DNA from: Lama glama
Lineage: Eukaryota
Length of the DNA stretch: 64,000 nucleotides
Direction: 5' to 3'
Assembly: GCA_028534125.1 (NCBI GenBank)
Contig: CM052816.1
Span: forward strand, 8,248,001-8,312,000
A model generated the notes under the pieces. The model was not told the DNA's origin. It made no database searches and saw nothing but the letters and a program-made list of their open reading frames with translations. Below, one piece after another: positions 50,201 through 61,195 of the stretch. The position numbers and the translations under genes are program-made. Within the stretch, counting starts at the first letter, position 1. Every line of letters begins with the position of its first letter.

Positions 50201-52269
50201 TCACCAGCACCAGTGCAGGACCTGTCACCCAGCAGAGGGGAAGCCTAATATCACTATGTGCAAAGCTGAAGCAGCATTGGCCATCCCTGATAGGAAAGCT
50301 GGAACACCTCTTGGCATTGGGTGGCTGCAGGGTCTGACAGGACATCAGGGGTCCCTTTCCTGAGCCATTATAGCACCCATCCTCTGGTGGGATTCTCTGC
50401 GTGACAGGGAAAGCACTACCTCACAAGACAGCCCAAGGCACTGCTTGGAAGTTGTCTTAGATAAAAGTTTCCTTTTCCATGGAGCTCAAACACCAATTGA
50501 CAGGTGATGGCCAACCCAACCTGGGGGCCCCACCCAAACCCCTGACCGCCTGTGTAGGTGGCAGCTGCAGCTCACCCAGCCTGCCAGGCCTGGCTACTGA
50601 CCTCCTACTGGGCAGAGGTCTTCCTGTGGCTGGTGACAGGCTTGTTCTGCCTCAGATCTTCCCAGCCACCATCTGTCCTCAGCACTGGGGGTGGGGGTAG
50701 TTACAACATCAGTCAGGCCTGCCAGCATCTCACACTAGGATGCAGCAGCCTGTGAGCAGGTGGCTACAACACAGCTCTTACTGTGTGCTGGGCCCTGTGC
50801 TAAACACAATTCTGAGCCAGGTTAGAGTATTTCATTTCTATTTGACAAATGGGGAAGCTGAGGCTCAGAGAAGTTAAGTAACTTGCCTGAAGTCTCACAG
50901 CTTGGAAGAAATCAAGCTGGAGTCCAGGCCATGTGACAGCAAATCTGCTACTGATCACTGAGTCACAGCTGAAGCGTGGCCCTCCAGCCCACAGCATCCC
51001 CACGCTCCAGAGTGCACAGTGTTCAGTGGGGGTTCTGGTAGGTGTAGGGGAATCCTGGGTAGTGAAGTATGGGGAATGCTGGATTAAAGAAAATTCAAGG
51101 GGTTTCTTTGCTGTGGGACTTGTCAGAGCCTTTGATGTGCTAATGCAACGCTGTGACTCTCCCACTAGGGTTGAATCTGTAGGACTTAGTTGACCAGATC
51201 CATTTCTTCTTGGTAAACAAGCTCCCCAGTTTTCCAGAGGGGGAAATGAAGCTCAGAGAGGGGAAGTAATTAACCCAGGGGCACACAGCAAATGTTTTTA
51301 AAGATCAGAAAACTATATTCATTCACTGCCAGCCACCTTGCTCCCAACCCTCATCCTCTGCTCCTGGAATCCTGGTTCTTTTCCCGGATACTACCTGGTT
51401 CCCATGCCCACCATCCTCAGTGCAGCCATGATGTCTCCCAGGCCACCTACAGGAGGAGAAAGAAGAGCCTTTGCTCTTCAGGGGCTCGAGTGGGGACTGG
51501 ATCCACCTTGTGCACTGCTGTCATGTGCCCCAGGAGCAAAGGGCAGGCAGGCAGGCTGCACACACTTTTTATGGCTGGGCCACCTCCCAGAACAGTAAAC
51601 AGAGGGGCAGGCAGCTGGCACCAGAGCCCTCTAGGGAGTGAAAGCCCCCAGTAGCAGACTCCTGCCCGCCTCTGGACAGGAGTTGAAAATAGCAGCTTTT
51701 CTCAGGAGATTTTAAAAATTATACTTTAAGTTCATAGTGCTTGTAATCTATTTTATCATTCCTCTTTCTTAACCTGACAGCAACCATTAGTCTTTTAGGC
51801 CTCAGTTCAAACATCACCTCCTCCAGGAAGCCTTCCAGATTCTCCAGAATAAGCTGGGAGCTCACTCTGGACTCCCTGGGTGCTCTGCCCCCCTGATATC
51901 TAAAGCTCAGACTGGGAACTTCTGAGGGGCAAGGTCTGTGCATTCCCCAGGCCCAGCCATGCCTGGGACATGGAGTGCCCAGCAGATGTCATCTGTTTAA
52001 AGAAAAAGCTGAGTTGAAAGTATTTGAAAAAGTCAAAAGACTGATAGATTGAAGCTGATGATTCTGCTTACAAAATGAACTTAAAATTTTACAGTCTCAT
52101 AAACTCACTCTGTGTCCTGTTTTGATCTTTCAAATGTATTTTAAAGGTGACCTTGTTAAAGGGCCTACAGAGACCGGAAGGGACTATGCAGTTGTTGAGA
52201 AGGGTAAGGATGAGTTACACTTCTTTAACATTTTCTTTTCATGCTACGTATAATGATTTTTATACATTT

Positions 52270-53076
52270 TTAAAAAGAGGAAAAAAATTTATTCTTGAAG
52301 CTGCATCCAAGAGATTCCACTCTCTGTGTAACACTTGCCTAGCTGTGAGGTCTGCTTGGTCCAGAAAGTCCTTTGGGGGCTCCCTGGGGACTGGGCCCTC
52401 AGGAACAGCCTGGTGGGGTGGTAGAAACTTGGCAGAGTGGACTTTGCCCCCTGCCCCCCTTCCGGGGCCTCTCCCCAATCTGGAGCCCCCACTAAGAATG
52501 CTAGTGAGGGGACATGGCTCTGCTACCCAGAAGGGATGGTCATCAGAGCCTATTGCTCAGGTCCAGTCCTGCAGGCTGTGTGCTTTGCATCCCACCTGGG
52601 GAGGGTTCAGGGCATGTCATTATGGGGGCAGGTAAAGGTGAGGCTGCAGGAAAAGGCAGATGTGAGCTGACACCCTCCCCCCACTCAGGGCATGGTCTGC
52701 AAGCCTTCCATTTTCTTTCTCCAGGAGTCTTGTCCCTATAGCAGCCTCCCACCTTTGAGCCTATGGAGGAGGAGGTAGGGCCTGGTGATTTATCTTGGCT
52801 CCTTCACTCAGCCCCCTGGGAATTGAGACCTCCCACCCCAGGCTCCCTATCCCCCTGAGGCCTAGAGCACCGCAGCTGGAAAAGGTCCTTATCCAACAAG
52901 CTCACTGCATGGACGGGCCCAGGGGATGCAGGGGCTGGGTGGGTGATTTGTCCAGGGTTACTCAGAAGGTCAGTGGCAAGGCTGGGACTCAGACCAGGCC
53001 TCCTGAGTCCCAATAGGAGCCACGTTCCCAGCACCTGAGTCCCCGAGGCCCCCAGCCTGCAAAGCTAGTTGGGGGG
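52270..53076 (-). other. CDX1: CDX1 3'UTR
   Basis: Lies between the stop codon and an AATAAA on the - strand; 3' end approximate. Confidence 0.75.
52288..52293 (-). terminator. CDX1 polyadenylation signal AATAAA
   Basis: TTTATT on the + strand, ~790 nt after the stop, in an AT-rich context. Confidence 0.75.
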
Positions 53077-53212
53077 CTATGAAAGATACTCCTCCTTGAC
53101 AGGCATCGGGGAGGAGGTGCCCAGGAGGCTGGCGGAGCTGGGGCACAGGGCCCCCAGGGACGGCCCAGCTGGAGTTGGGGTGACATCATGGGCTGGCGGG
53201 GGTGGCTGTGGG

Positions 53213-53244
<32 letters not shown>

Positions 53245-53298
53245 CTTCTTGTTCACTTTGCGCTCCTTTGCCCGCCGGTTTTGGAACCAGATCTTCAC
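53077..53298 (-). CDS. CDX1: CDX1 exon 3 coding part ([20 protein letters not shown]9[13 protein letters not shown]...MPVKEEYLS*)
   Basis: cccacag|GTGAAG; homeodomain helix 3 WFQNRR; TAG at 53079-53077. Confidence 0.97.
53215..53241 (-). repeat. Pure (CAG)9 coding microsatellite (polyQ) in CDX1
   Basis: Nine uninterrupted CTG units on the + strand. Confidence 0.95.
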
Positions 53299-53487
53299 CT
53301 GTGGGATCAGAGGACAGAGATGGAGTAGGTGTTGCGGAGACCAAATGACAGAGGAAAAGGAAGACCCAGGGGACAGTGAAGCTCTTATTTCCCGATGTGG
53401 CGTTTGGGGCCTCGCTCCTGCTCCAGCTACCCTGACTGGAATGGACTTTGAACCCATTCTCCCCCTCTAAAACTTGCTCTTCTACTC

Positions 53488-53600
53488 TTTTTTTCGGGGG
53501 GGGGGTGGTAATTAGTTTTATTTATTTGAGATACTGGGGATCGAACCCAGGACCTCGTGCATGCTACACATGCACTCTACCACTGAGCTGTACCTTCCCC
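53488..53600 (-). mobile_element. tRNA-derived SINE, camelid Vic-1-like, in CDX1 intron 2
   Basis: Reverse complement reads GGGGAAGGTACAGCTCAGTGGTAGAGTGCATGTGTAGCATGCACGAGGTCCTGGGTTCGATCCCCAGTA (A and B boxes), then an A-rich tail. Confidence 0.85.
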
Positions 53601-54009
53601 ACCTCCCCTACTCTTAAGACAACTTTCTCTATAACCCTCTTCCTCCCCGTCTTCCAAAGCCATGTTCTGACACCCCTCCTCCAGGAAGCCTTCCCTGTTC
53701 TCCCTGACTGTTCCTTCCTCTGGATTTAACCAGCGTTGATCAAAGCCTGCTGTAGCCTATAGCTAATCAGGTCCCCTATCCTCTTATTGGTGGTCAGGGA
53801 TACTGGGTTTTATTGGCCAGGGTGGGGAGGCACGGGGTTGGGGGCTAGATGGGATTTGGCAGGAGCTCAGTTTCTGTTGTGTTGTGTGACATGGCCAGGA
53901 GACTCAACCTCTCTGTTCTCCTCCCCTAACCGAGCTCCACAATCTGCCTGGCAGCCTGGAGGCCAGACTCCCAGTACTGCTCTGTGGATGAGGTGAGGGT
54001 CCTACACAC

Positions 54010-54155
54010 CTGGCGTTCAGTAAGGCCCAGATTGGCGGCCAGCTCCGACTTCCGCCGGATGGTGATATACCGGCTATAGTGGAATTCCTTCTCAAGCTCC
54101 AGGCGCTGGTGGTCGGTGTAGACCACGCGGTATTTGTCCTTGGTCCGGGTCTTAC
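54010..54155 (-). CDS. CDX1: Caudal-type homeobox 1 exon 2 ([49 protein letters not shown])
   Basis: ctcag|GTAAGACC ... CGCCAG|gtgtgt; 146 nt; caudal homeodomain with CDX1-type residues; synteny with SLC6A7 and CAMK2A. Confidence 0.97.
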
Positions 54156-54474
54156 CTGAGAAGCAGAGGAGCCAGGAGGAGCGGTGAGTAGGAGCTTGCA
54201 AAAGGCCATAGTAGGGCACCCAGGAGGAAGAGTAGTCCAGGCCCCCCCCAAGAAGGACCTTAAGTGAGTAACAAGCATTCCCTCAGGCTCAGGCTTGGGG
54301 ACTCCCAACCTGGGAGGCGAGCGCTGCTCTCATGCCCATTGGGGCGGGGGTGGGGGGCCTAAGGCTCAGAGAGGGGAAGCAACTTGCCCAGGGTTACCCA
54401 GAAAGCCACTGGTGGAGTCGGGGTGTCAGTCCAGGTCTCCTGACCCAGAGCCTTACTCTGATTTCCAACCCCGC

Positions 54475-54625
54475 CAGCTTTCAGGCAACGATCCCCAGGT
54501 GCAGCTGCGCAACAGACCCTCGGGGAGCTTGCGAAAAATAGATTCCAGGGCGTCACTGCGCATGCGAAGCAGAACGCTCTGGGGTGAAATCTGCATTTTT
54601 CATGAGCTCCCCAGGTGGTTCTGAT
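54475..54625. mobile_element. MER5-like hAT-Charlie fragment, unusually CpG-rich
   Basis: ggggagcttg..aaaaatagattccaggg ... aatctgcattttt...agctccccaggtggttctgat resembles MER5A. Confidence 0.6.
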
Positions 54626-55019
54626 TCAGTGGCCCTCAGACCACACACATGAGCACCAGAGACTTGCAGGATCACCTGGCAGGCAAGGGTAGACTGAGGC
54701 TAACGAGACATCAGCTGCTTCTCTCTCCTGTGCACGAGGAGAGCAGGAAGGGCCGCCACAGGCAGAGGCGGGCAGGAAGCTTGCAGGAACTGTCCTGGGG
54801 TGGTGTATGCACCTCAATTCCTGTCCGATCCTGGAGGTTGCTGGCCCCAAAATCAAACAAAAAAGGACTGGGGCTGCTGGTGGTTCCCCAGGACCTGTCA
54901 GGTTCCTCAAAAGGCCTTGGTTCTAGACACCAAGCCATGAGTTCGAGCTGCTCCAGGAGCTGGGGGCTGGTCTGCCTGGGGCCATCCACACGCCAGCCTG
55001 TGCCCAGGCATAGAGCAGG

Positions 55020-55700
55020 AGTACTTTGCTCAGCCCACAAATATTTACTGAGCTCCTGCTGTGGGCCAAGCACAGTGAGAAAAAAAATCTGCCCTTGGAG
55101 GGAGATGGGCAAAAATAAATATAGAAATTATTTGCTACGTTAATTGATGATAAATATTTCAGAGAAAGGGAAGGAGGACTGGGAATTTAGGGAGGAGAGA
55201 GGTTGTGATTTTAAATAGAGTGATCTATGATCTAAGACCTATGATGGTCTTACCTTGAAGCAGTATTTAAGCAAAGATTTAAAGGAGGTGAGGGATAGGG
55301 CCATGCAGGTGTCTGGAAAAGAGGTCTGCAGGTGGAGGGACTATCAGGTGCAAGGGCCCTGTGGTAGGAATGTATGCCTGCTCTGAGGAGGCTGGTGCCT
55401 GGGGTGGGGGAGGGGGCTGGTGGGTACAGTGAGCAAGGGGAGGGGGCAGGTCATGCAGGGCCTCCGGGCCATGGAAAGAGGTCTGAGTTTTACTCTGCCT
55501 GGGATAGGAGCCATAAGGTCTGATGTCAGTTTTCGGATTGTTCTGGCTACTGCATGGGGAACAGACTGGCGAGAAGAAGGAAAAGCAGGGAGACCTGCCA
55601 TAACCCAGGAGAGAGAAGGCGGTGGCTTGGCTTCCACACAGGGCTCAGCCTGGGGCCAGGAACTAGATTTGAGGACCGACTGGGGTTAATATCAGAATCG
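55020..55700 (-). mobile_element. LINE-2 3' fragment (degenerate)
   Basis: caaatatttactgagctcctgctgtgggccaagcacag ... tgcaagggccctgtggtagga ... ggggcaggtcatgcagggcct is typical of the L2 3' end read antisense; boundaries approximate. Confidence 0.6.
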
Positions 55701-58700
55701 CTTTCGGGCTGGGATCAGAGGTCTGTCTGGAGAGAATATTAAGAGTCATGCTTGGCTTGCGCTAGTGTGGGGGCCTGACTAAACACCAGTTTCCTTTGGT
55801 AAGAAGCCGAGCACGTGGCTATAAACAGGAGGCACGCGCAGGCACTTTTAGACCCACCCATGTGTCCCACCAGGGCGTGGCAGGTCTGAGTAACCATGAA
55901 CCCCATCCCACTTCACCCCCACAACAGCCTGACCTTCACTCTCCTAGTCCCAGCTCTGGCGCTGCTGGTCCTTCAGCACCCCTGTACTAACTACCCCCAC
56001 CCCTAACTATGTACCAGCCCACGCTGCTTGGCAGGACCGCCACTGGGCTCCCCAGGAGCCAAATGGTTTGTGGAGAACAGGAGACAGCAGATGTTCCTGG
56101 GCTGTTTTCCTTGGGTTTCCTGCCAGAGCAGCAGAACCGCACTGGACTCTTCCACATCCACTGACCTCAGCCCATTGCCCGACATAGCACGGGACAGCCT
56201 CGGCCCTCAGCCAGGCCTAGCCCAGGAGAGGGACAAGGGAGTGGCTGCTAAGGCCTTGGCTCCAGATGGGGCCCCTCCTTGACCTAGAAAATTCAACGCC
56301 GGCTCAAAAACAGTTTTGCTTAATGTCACCACCACTGGAACCCAGCAGAGCTCTGAACCCGTAGCCCCACTGGGTTCACTAGGCTAAAGCCAGAAGGGGT
56401 CATAGGAGCTTAGTCTCCTCCAACTTTATAGATGAAGAGACCGAGGGTCAGGATGGTTATACGGCAGCCAGAGGTCCAAAGAGTGGCCTTGTGAGTCCTT
56501 CTAGTCCAACCTCCCTGTGCAGTCAGGGTCACTGAAGCCCCAGGCAGGCGTGAACTTGCCCAAGGCCATGTCACTGGGCCTAGAGCGCTTGCTCCTGCTC
56601 TAGTGCACAGCTCCTCACGCCACCAGATTTAGGGTCCACAGAGCCTGCTATGAGGTTCTAGGCACTGGCAGCAGATGCTCAAACAGCAGACCACTCATCT
56701 ACTTGTATTTCTTGGAAGGGAGGGCCCGGACCATGGTGAGGGCAGGTCCCTGAGAGCCCTGGGCTGGGGCTGGATGGCCCAAGGTAAAAAATGCCCAGAA
56801 GATCACAGCCTGAAGTAGGGGGATGAGACTCCCTACCCACCCAAACTTCAGCCTGAGAGATTTTAAACAGAGGTAACAAAGACACCCTCAGGCATCCAGC
56901 ACTCACTCCCACCCTTTCTGGTGAGTAAGTGAGGGTCCATCACACCCGTTTCATAGATGGGGAAAATTGAGGCTCAGAAAGGTGCACTTGCTGACAGCCA
57001 TCCTGCCTGGTAGTGGTATAAACCCAGGCTCATGTGTTTCCTGACCTCCAACCCAGGGTCCTCCCCTTCAACCTTGGTGGCTGGTGGGGGGTTGAGGGGG
57101 TGGGGAACTAGATGGGAGATGAGGCTCTAGCTCCTCTCTGTTCTAGCAAGGCTGCCAGTGAAGGCCCAGCCCACAGGCCCTGTCACCCCACCTCTGGGCC
57201 CAGGAGAGGGGCTGGTGGGCTCAGGAACCCACTGGCCAACTTTTATCTGGTGGAGCTGCTCAAAGCATAGTTTTATTGCTAAGAAAATGGCTCTGTCAGA
57301 GAACCAAATGTTTGACATCGCACTGTGTGGTCCAGGAACCAGGGAGTCCCATCTGCTGTCTGGGGAATGATAACTGGAACATGCTCCTTGGAGCCCAGCT
57401 TGGTGATCTCAGCCTCACTTAACATGCACATGCCCTTTGACCCATTAATCCCACTTGCAGGGACTGATCCCACAGAAAAATGACCAAAGCGCTAACTGTT
57501 CCAAATAGCACAAAATTAAGGACAATGCACATGCCTATGAGTCGAGACTGGTTAATTAGATAAGAGATGGTACATCCAGACAGGAGCATTATGCAGTCAT
57601 TCAAAAGAAATTATAAAGCTCCAATATGTGCCAATATGGAGCAATTTCTAAAAATCTATTGTTTAAAAATGCAAGACAGAATGTTGTGAATATTAATGTT
57701 ACTATTTTTGGATAAAAATAGAATACACATACACTCAAACATGTTTGCACACCCAGAGAGTTCTTTCTGAAAGAATATACAATAAGCCAACAATAGAGGC
57801 TGCCTGGAGAGGGGACTGGAGACTGGAGAGCCACAGGTCGGAGGGAGTCTTTGGGATGTTTAAATTTTTACCATGTGCTGATGTGAATCTATATTTTTAA
57901 TGACAGTCAGGAGCCTGGGCTCCAGTCCCAGCTCTGGGCCAGAACTCCCCACTGCCCCAAGCAACTCCCTTCCCTTCCTGTGAACACCTGTGCCACCCTG
58001 CGAGCCCAGGAGGGAGGAGGCAGGGAGGTGCGTGACAGCGGTGGGGCGGGGAGAGGGCCTGGGATGAATGATTTACAGGCCCCTGGGACACTGGGACTAA
58101 GAGGGAAGTCCGGGCTCCTGTAACAGGTGTCTGATGGGGGCCAGGCCGCTCCCAGCCACCTAATGAATAACGCTCTGGGCCGGATGCCAGTGCAAGTGGG
58201 TGGGAGGGAGGGTCGGAGCCCTCCCCCCTCCCCAGATCTTCAGGGGTGAGCATGGCGGGAGAAGAGCCTTGAATAACTCTCCCAATGGGAGGCTTTCTCT
58301 CTGCTCTGGTTTTGGGATGTGAGGAAAGGCCCATCCATACGCATCAGGCAGTGATGGAGGTAGCAAACTCCCCATCCCCTAAAGAGGACTTGGGAAGCTC
58401 CTGGCTAATGGTTCCAAATGCACGACCAGGAGCCTCAGGGTTGCCTAAGGAGCTTCTAAAAAGCAGAGATTCTGGCCCAGAAATTCATACTCAGTGGGGT
58501 TGAAGTGGGGCCCTGAAATTTGATACTCCAGGTGACCCTGACATATGGTTGTTTGGGCAAGCAGACCTCCAGGGCCGGGCTGTGTAGCTTCTCACTGGTT
58601 GGGTGACCTAGGACAGTCACCTCACCATTCTAAGTCTCATTTTCTGTATCTATAAAATGGGGATAATTATTATTCCAATAGTGGCCAATATGTCCATGTG

Positions 58701-59744
58701 TCAGGCACTCTGCATACATCTCTCAGCAGCCTCTGAAGCTATGCAACTGTTATTGCTATTTTACAGATGAGAAAACTGAGGTACACACATCGGGCAGGTA
58801 GGTATTTAAACCCAGGTCTCTCTAGCCTCAGAAATAGCACCAGAACCTATCATCCAGTGTAAGGTCTCCCATAATTATCTCCACACCTTGGGTGTACAGG
58901 GGGTCACTTGAGATGGATGGATGATGTGTGGCACAGTACCTGCCACGTAGGGATGCAGGGAAGGGTATATCTTACTCATTTCCAATAGTAGTGGGATAAC
59001 CATATGGCAGGGATGCTGGAAAATGGATCTGAGCAATGGGTTGCGTTTTGAACGAAACTGTTTATTTATAAGGTCCCTTCCAACTTGGAAACATGAAGCT
59101 CCCAATGTTTGTTGATTCTCTGATTATGTTTGTTACTACTGCTGAAAGAATTCTAAGACTGATTTCCCTGTCTGAGAGTTTAGAAACTGGGCCCGCCCAG
59201 CTGGAGGATAGCGGGCAGGAGCCTGTTGGTCTGCAGTGGGGCCTCCCCATCCAACTGGGCCAGGCAAGGACAGAGTTTAGCCTCTGCCCCCAGGGCGGGG
59301 CAAGTGGCTCCAGGAAAATCAAGTGGCCTCTGGGTCAGCACTTCCTTTGTCCTCTTCCTGCTGGGTTTGTGGCCCTGGGGGATGAGACTGCCAGCTCTGG
59401 CTCTCAGGGCCTGAGACGTTAAGTCCATGACCCCTCTTTGTGTGGTCCAGCCTCACTGGCTGTACACAAAATTCCCCTCCCACCCCAACTCACACATACA
59501 TACACACACACACACAGATGCATACATGCATGCATGGATGCTTATTAAAAATACAGATTCCCAGACTCCCAGACCTACTGCGTCCTAGTCTCCCTGCCAT
59601 CTTCAACAAGCCCACCAGAGGGGATTCTGAACCACCAGCTGGAGTCAGTAGGTCCTGGTCCCAGTTCAGTACCATCTGTGTGGCCTTAAATAAGTCTCTT
59701 CTCCTCTCTGGGCCTCAGATTCTCCTGTGCATCAGAACAGGGTT

Positions 59745-59855
59745 GGGCGGGTGGGTATAGCTCAGTGGTAGTACACATGCTTAGCAGGCACGATGTTCTG
59801 GGTTCAATCCTCAGTACCTCCATTTAAAAAAATTTGTCTTTAAACATAAATAAAG
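59745..59855 (+). mobile_element. tRNA-derived SINE, camelid Vic-1-like
   Basis: GGGTATAGCTCAGTGGTAG...CATGCTTAGCAGGCACGATGTTCTGGGTTCAATCCTCAGTACCTCCA, then an A-rich tail. Confidence 0.8.
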
Positions 59856-60994
59856 AGGATTGAGCGTCAGCTCCTAGGGCCCCGTAGATTTCGGAACTTC
59901 TCTGCAGCTCTAAGCCTCCCTTAAGGACCTGGGCCCAGGTCTGCATCTTTAGCTGAAGGATTTGACAAATGACTAAACTTCTTTGGGCTTTCCTCTCACC
60001 CTGGGGAGCAAAATGGATGTGAAAGCAGTCTGCAAAGGACAAAGAGCTATGGAGGCAACAAGGAGAACTGAGCTATTTGCAGAAGTGGATGTTGGAGGGA
60101 TCCCTTGGGAGAGGGAGGAATGCCACCTGATAGGGAGCTGCAGGGCAAAGAACACACCGGTCTGGGAGTGGGAGGTCTGGCTGGGCCACCAGCTGGACAT
60201 GTGATGTTTAGCTTGGACCTGTTTCCCCATCTGTACCACCAGTGGGTGGGACTTCTGCTGCAGCAGCCCTGATTCGCCCAATTAGATGATGGACTGACCA
60301 ATGTCCTCCCTGCGCTGTGAGGCTCTCTATTGGGTCCATGACTGGTCCTTGTTCCAGCTGGTTTGCCTGTTCCAGACTGCTCTAACACATTTCCTCATTC
60401 AACCCTGCTCATCCCTGGAGCTGGCAGAGAGTGGGGGTGAGGTGAAGGGAGGATGGCCAGGCCAGCCATACTCAGGAGTCCTGTAGCTTTAGGAAGGCTT
60501 CACCCCACTGTCACCCTCCCTCCTAGTCACAGAGCTCAGTCAGCACCACACCCTCTTCCTCCCAGGCCACCTTTGCATCTTCCTCTCCCCTATCTTCTTC
60601 AAGGAGGTCCACGATCTGACTTGACTATGGGAGGCAGTGAAGAGGATAGGGACGTCAGAGTCAGATAGGCCCAATGGTTCCAACCCAGCCCGGCCACGTG
60701 CCAGCAGCGTGAACTCAGGGAAGTCACTGAACCTCTCTGAATCCCAGTTTATTCATCCATGAAATGGGGACGTGAATGCCTCCTTTAGACACGGTGGCTG
60801 TGGAGATTAGACGTGATCATCTAGTTAACCAGGTAATTATTAATAAAAGCTAACTGTGACAAAGATGTGATGATGATGATGAAGATGATGACGATGACTG
60901 CAGACACAAAAGGGGCAGGAAAGAGTCCTTGCTGGAGTGTAAGAAGCCCGTCTGGAATGGATTGCCATTCTAGGAACTCTTGAGAGAGATTTTC

Positions 60995-61195
60995 TTGCAC
61001 TGTCCCATATGACAGCTACTAGCCACATGTGGCTATTTAAATTAAAACTAATTACACAGAATTAAAAATTCAGTTCTTTAGTCACACTAGCCATGTATTA
61101 AGTGCTCAATAGACACATGTCACTAGTGGCCAGCACACTGGACGGCACAGACATAGAGCCATCATCACGGAAAGTTCCATTGGATAACACAGCTA
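60995..61195. mobile_element. MER3-like hAT-Charlie DNA transposon
   Basis: ctgtcc.atat...gctactagccacatgtggctatttaaatt ... aaaattcagttc..tagtcacactagcca ... gaaagttccattgga; quasi-palindromic. Confidence 0.75.

Noticed and set aside
53069..53470. + strand ORF with a poly-Cys run
   Set aside because: Antisense shadow of the CDX1 (CAG)9 exon.
53530..53600. tRNA-Ala-like gene (also at ~59750 and ~63570)
   Set aside because: The tRNA-like heads are fused to a SINE body and A-rich tail, and one copy has a TSD; they are SINEs, not tRNA genes.
55955..55990. Possible REST/RE1 element (TTCAGCACC half site)
   Set aside because: The right half-site GGACAG is absent at the canonical spacing, and a half site alone is common.
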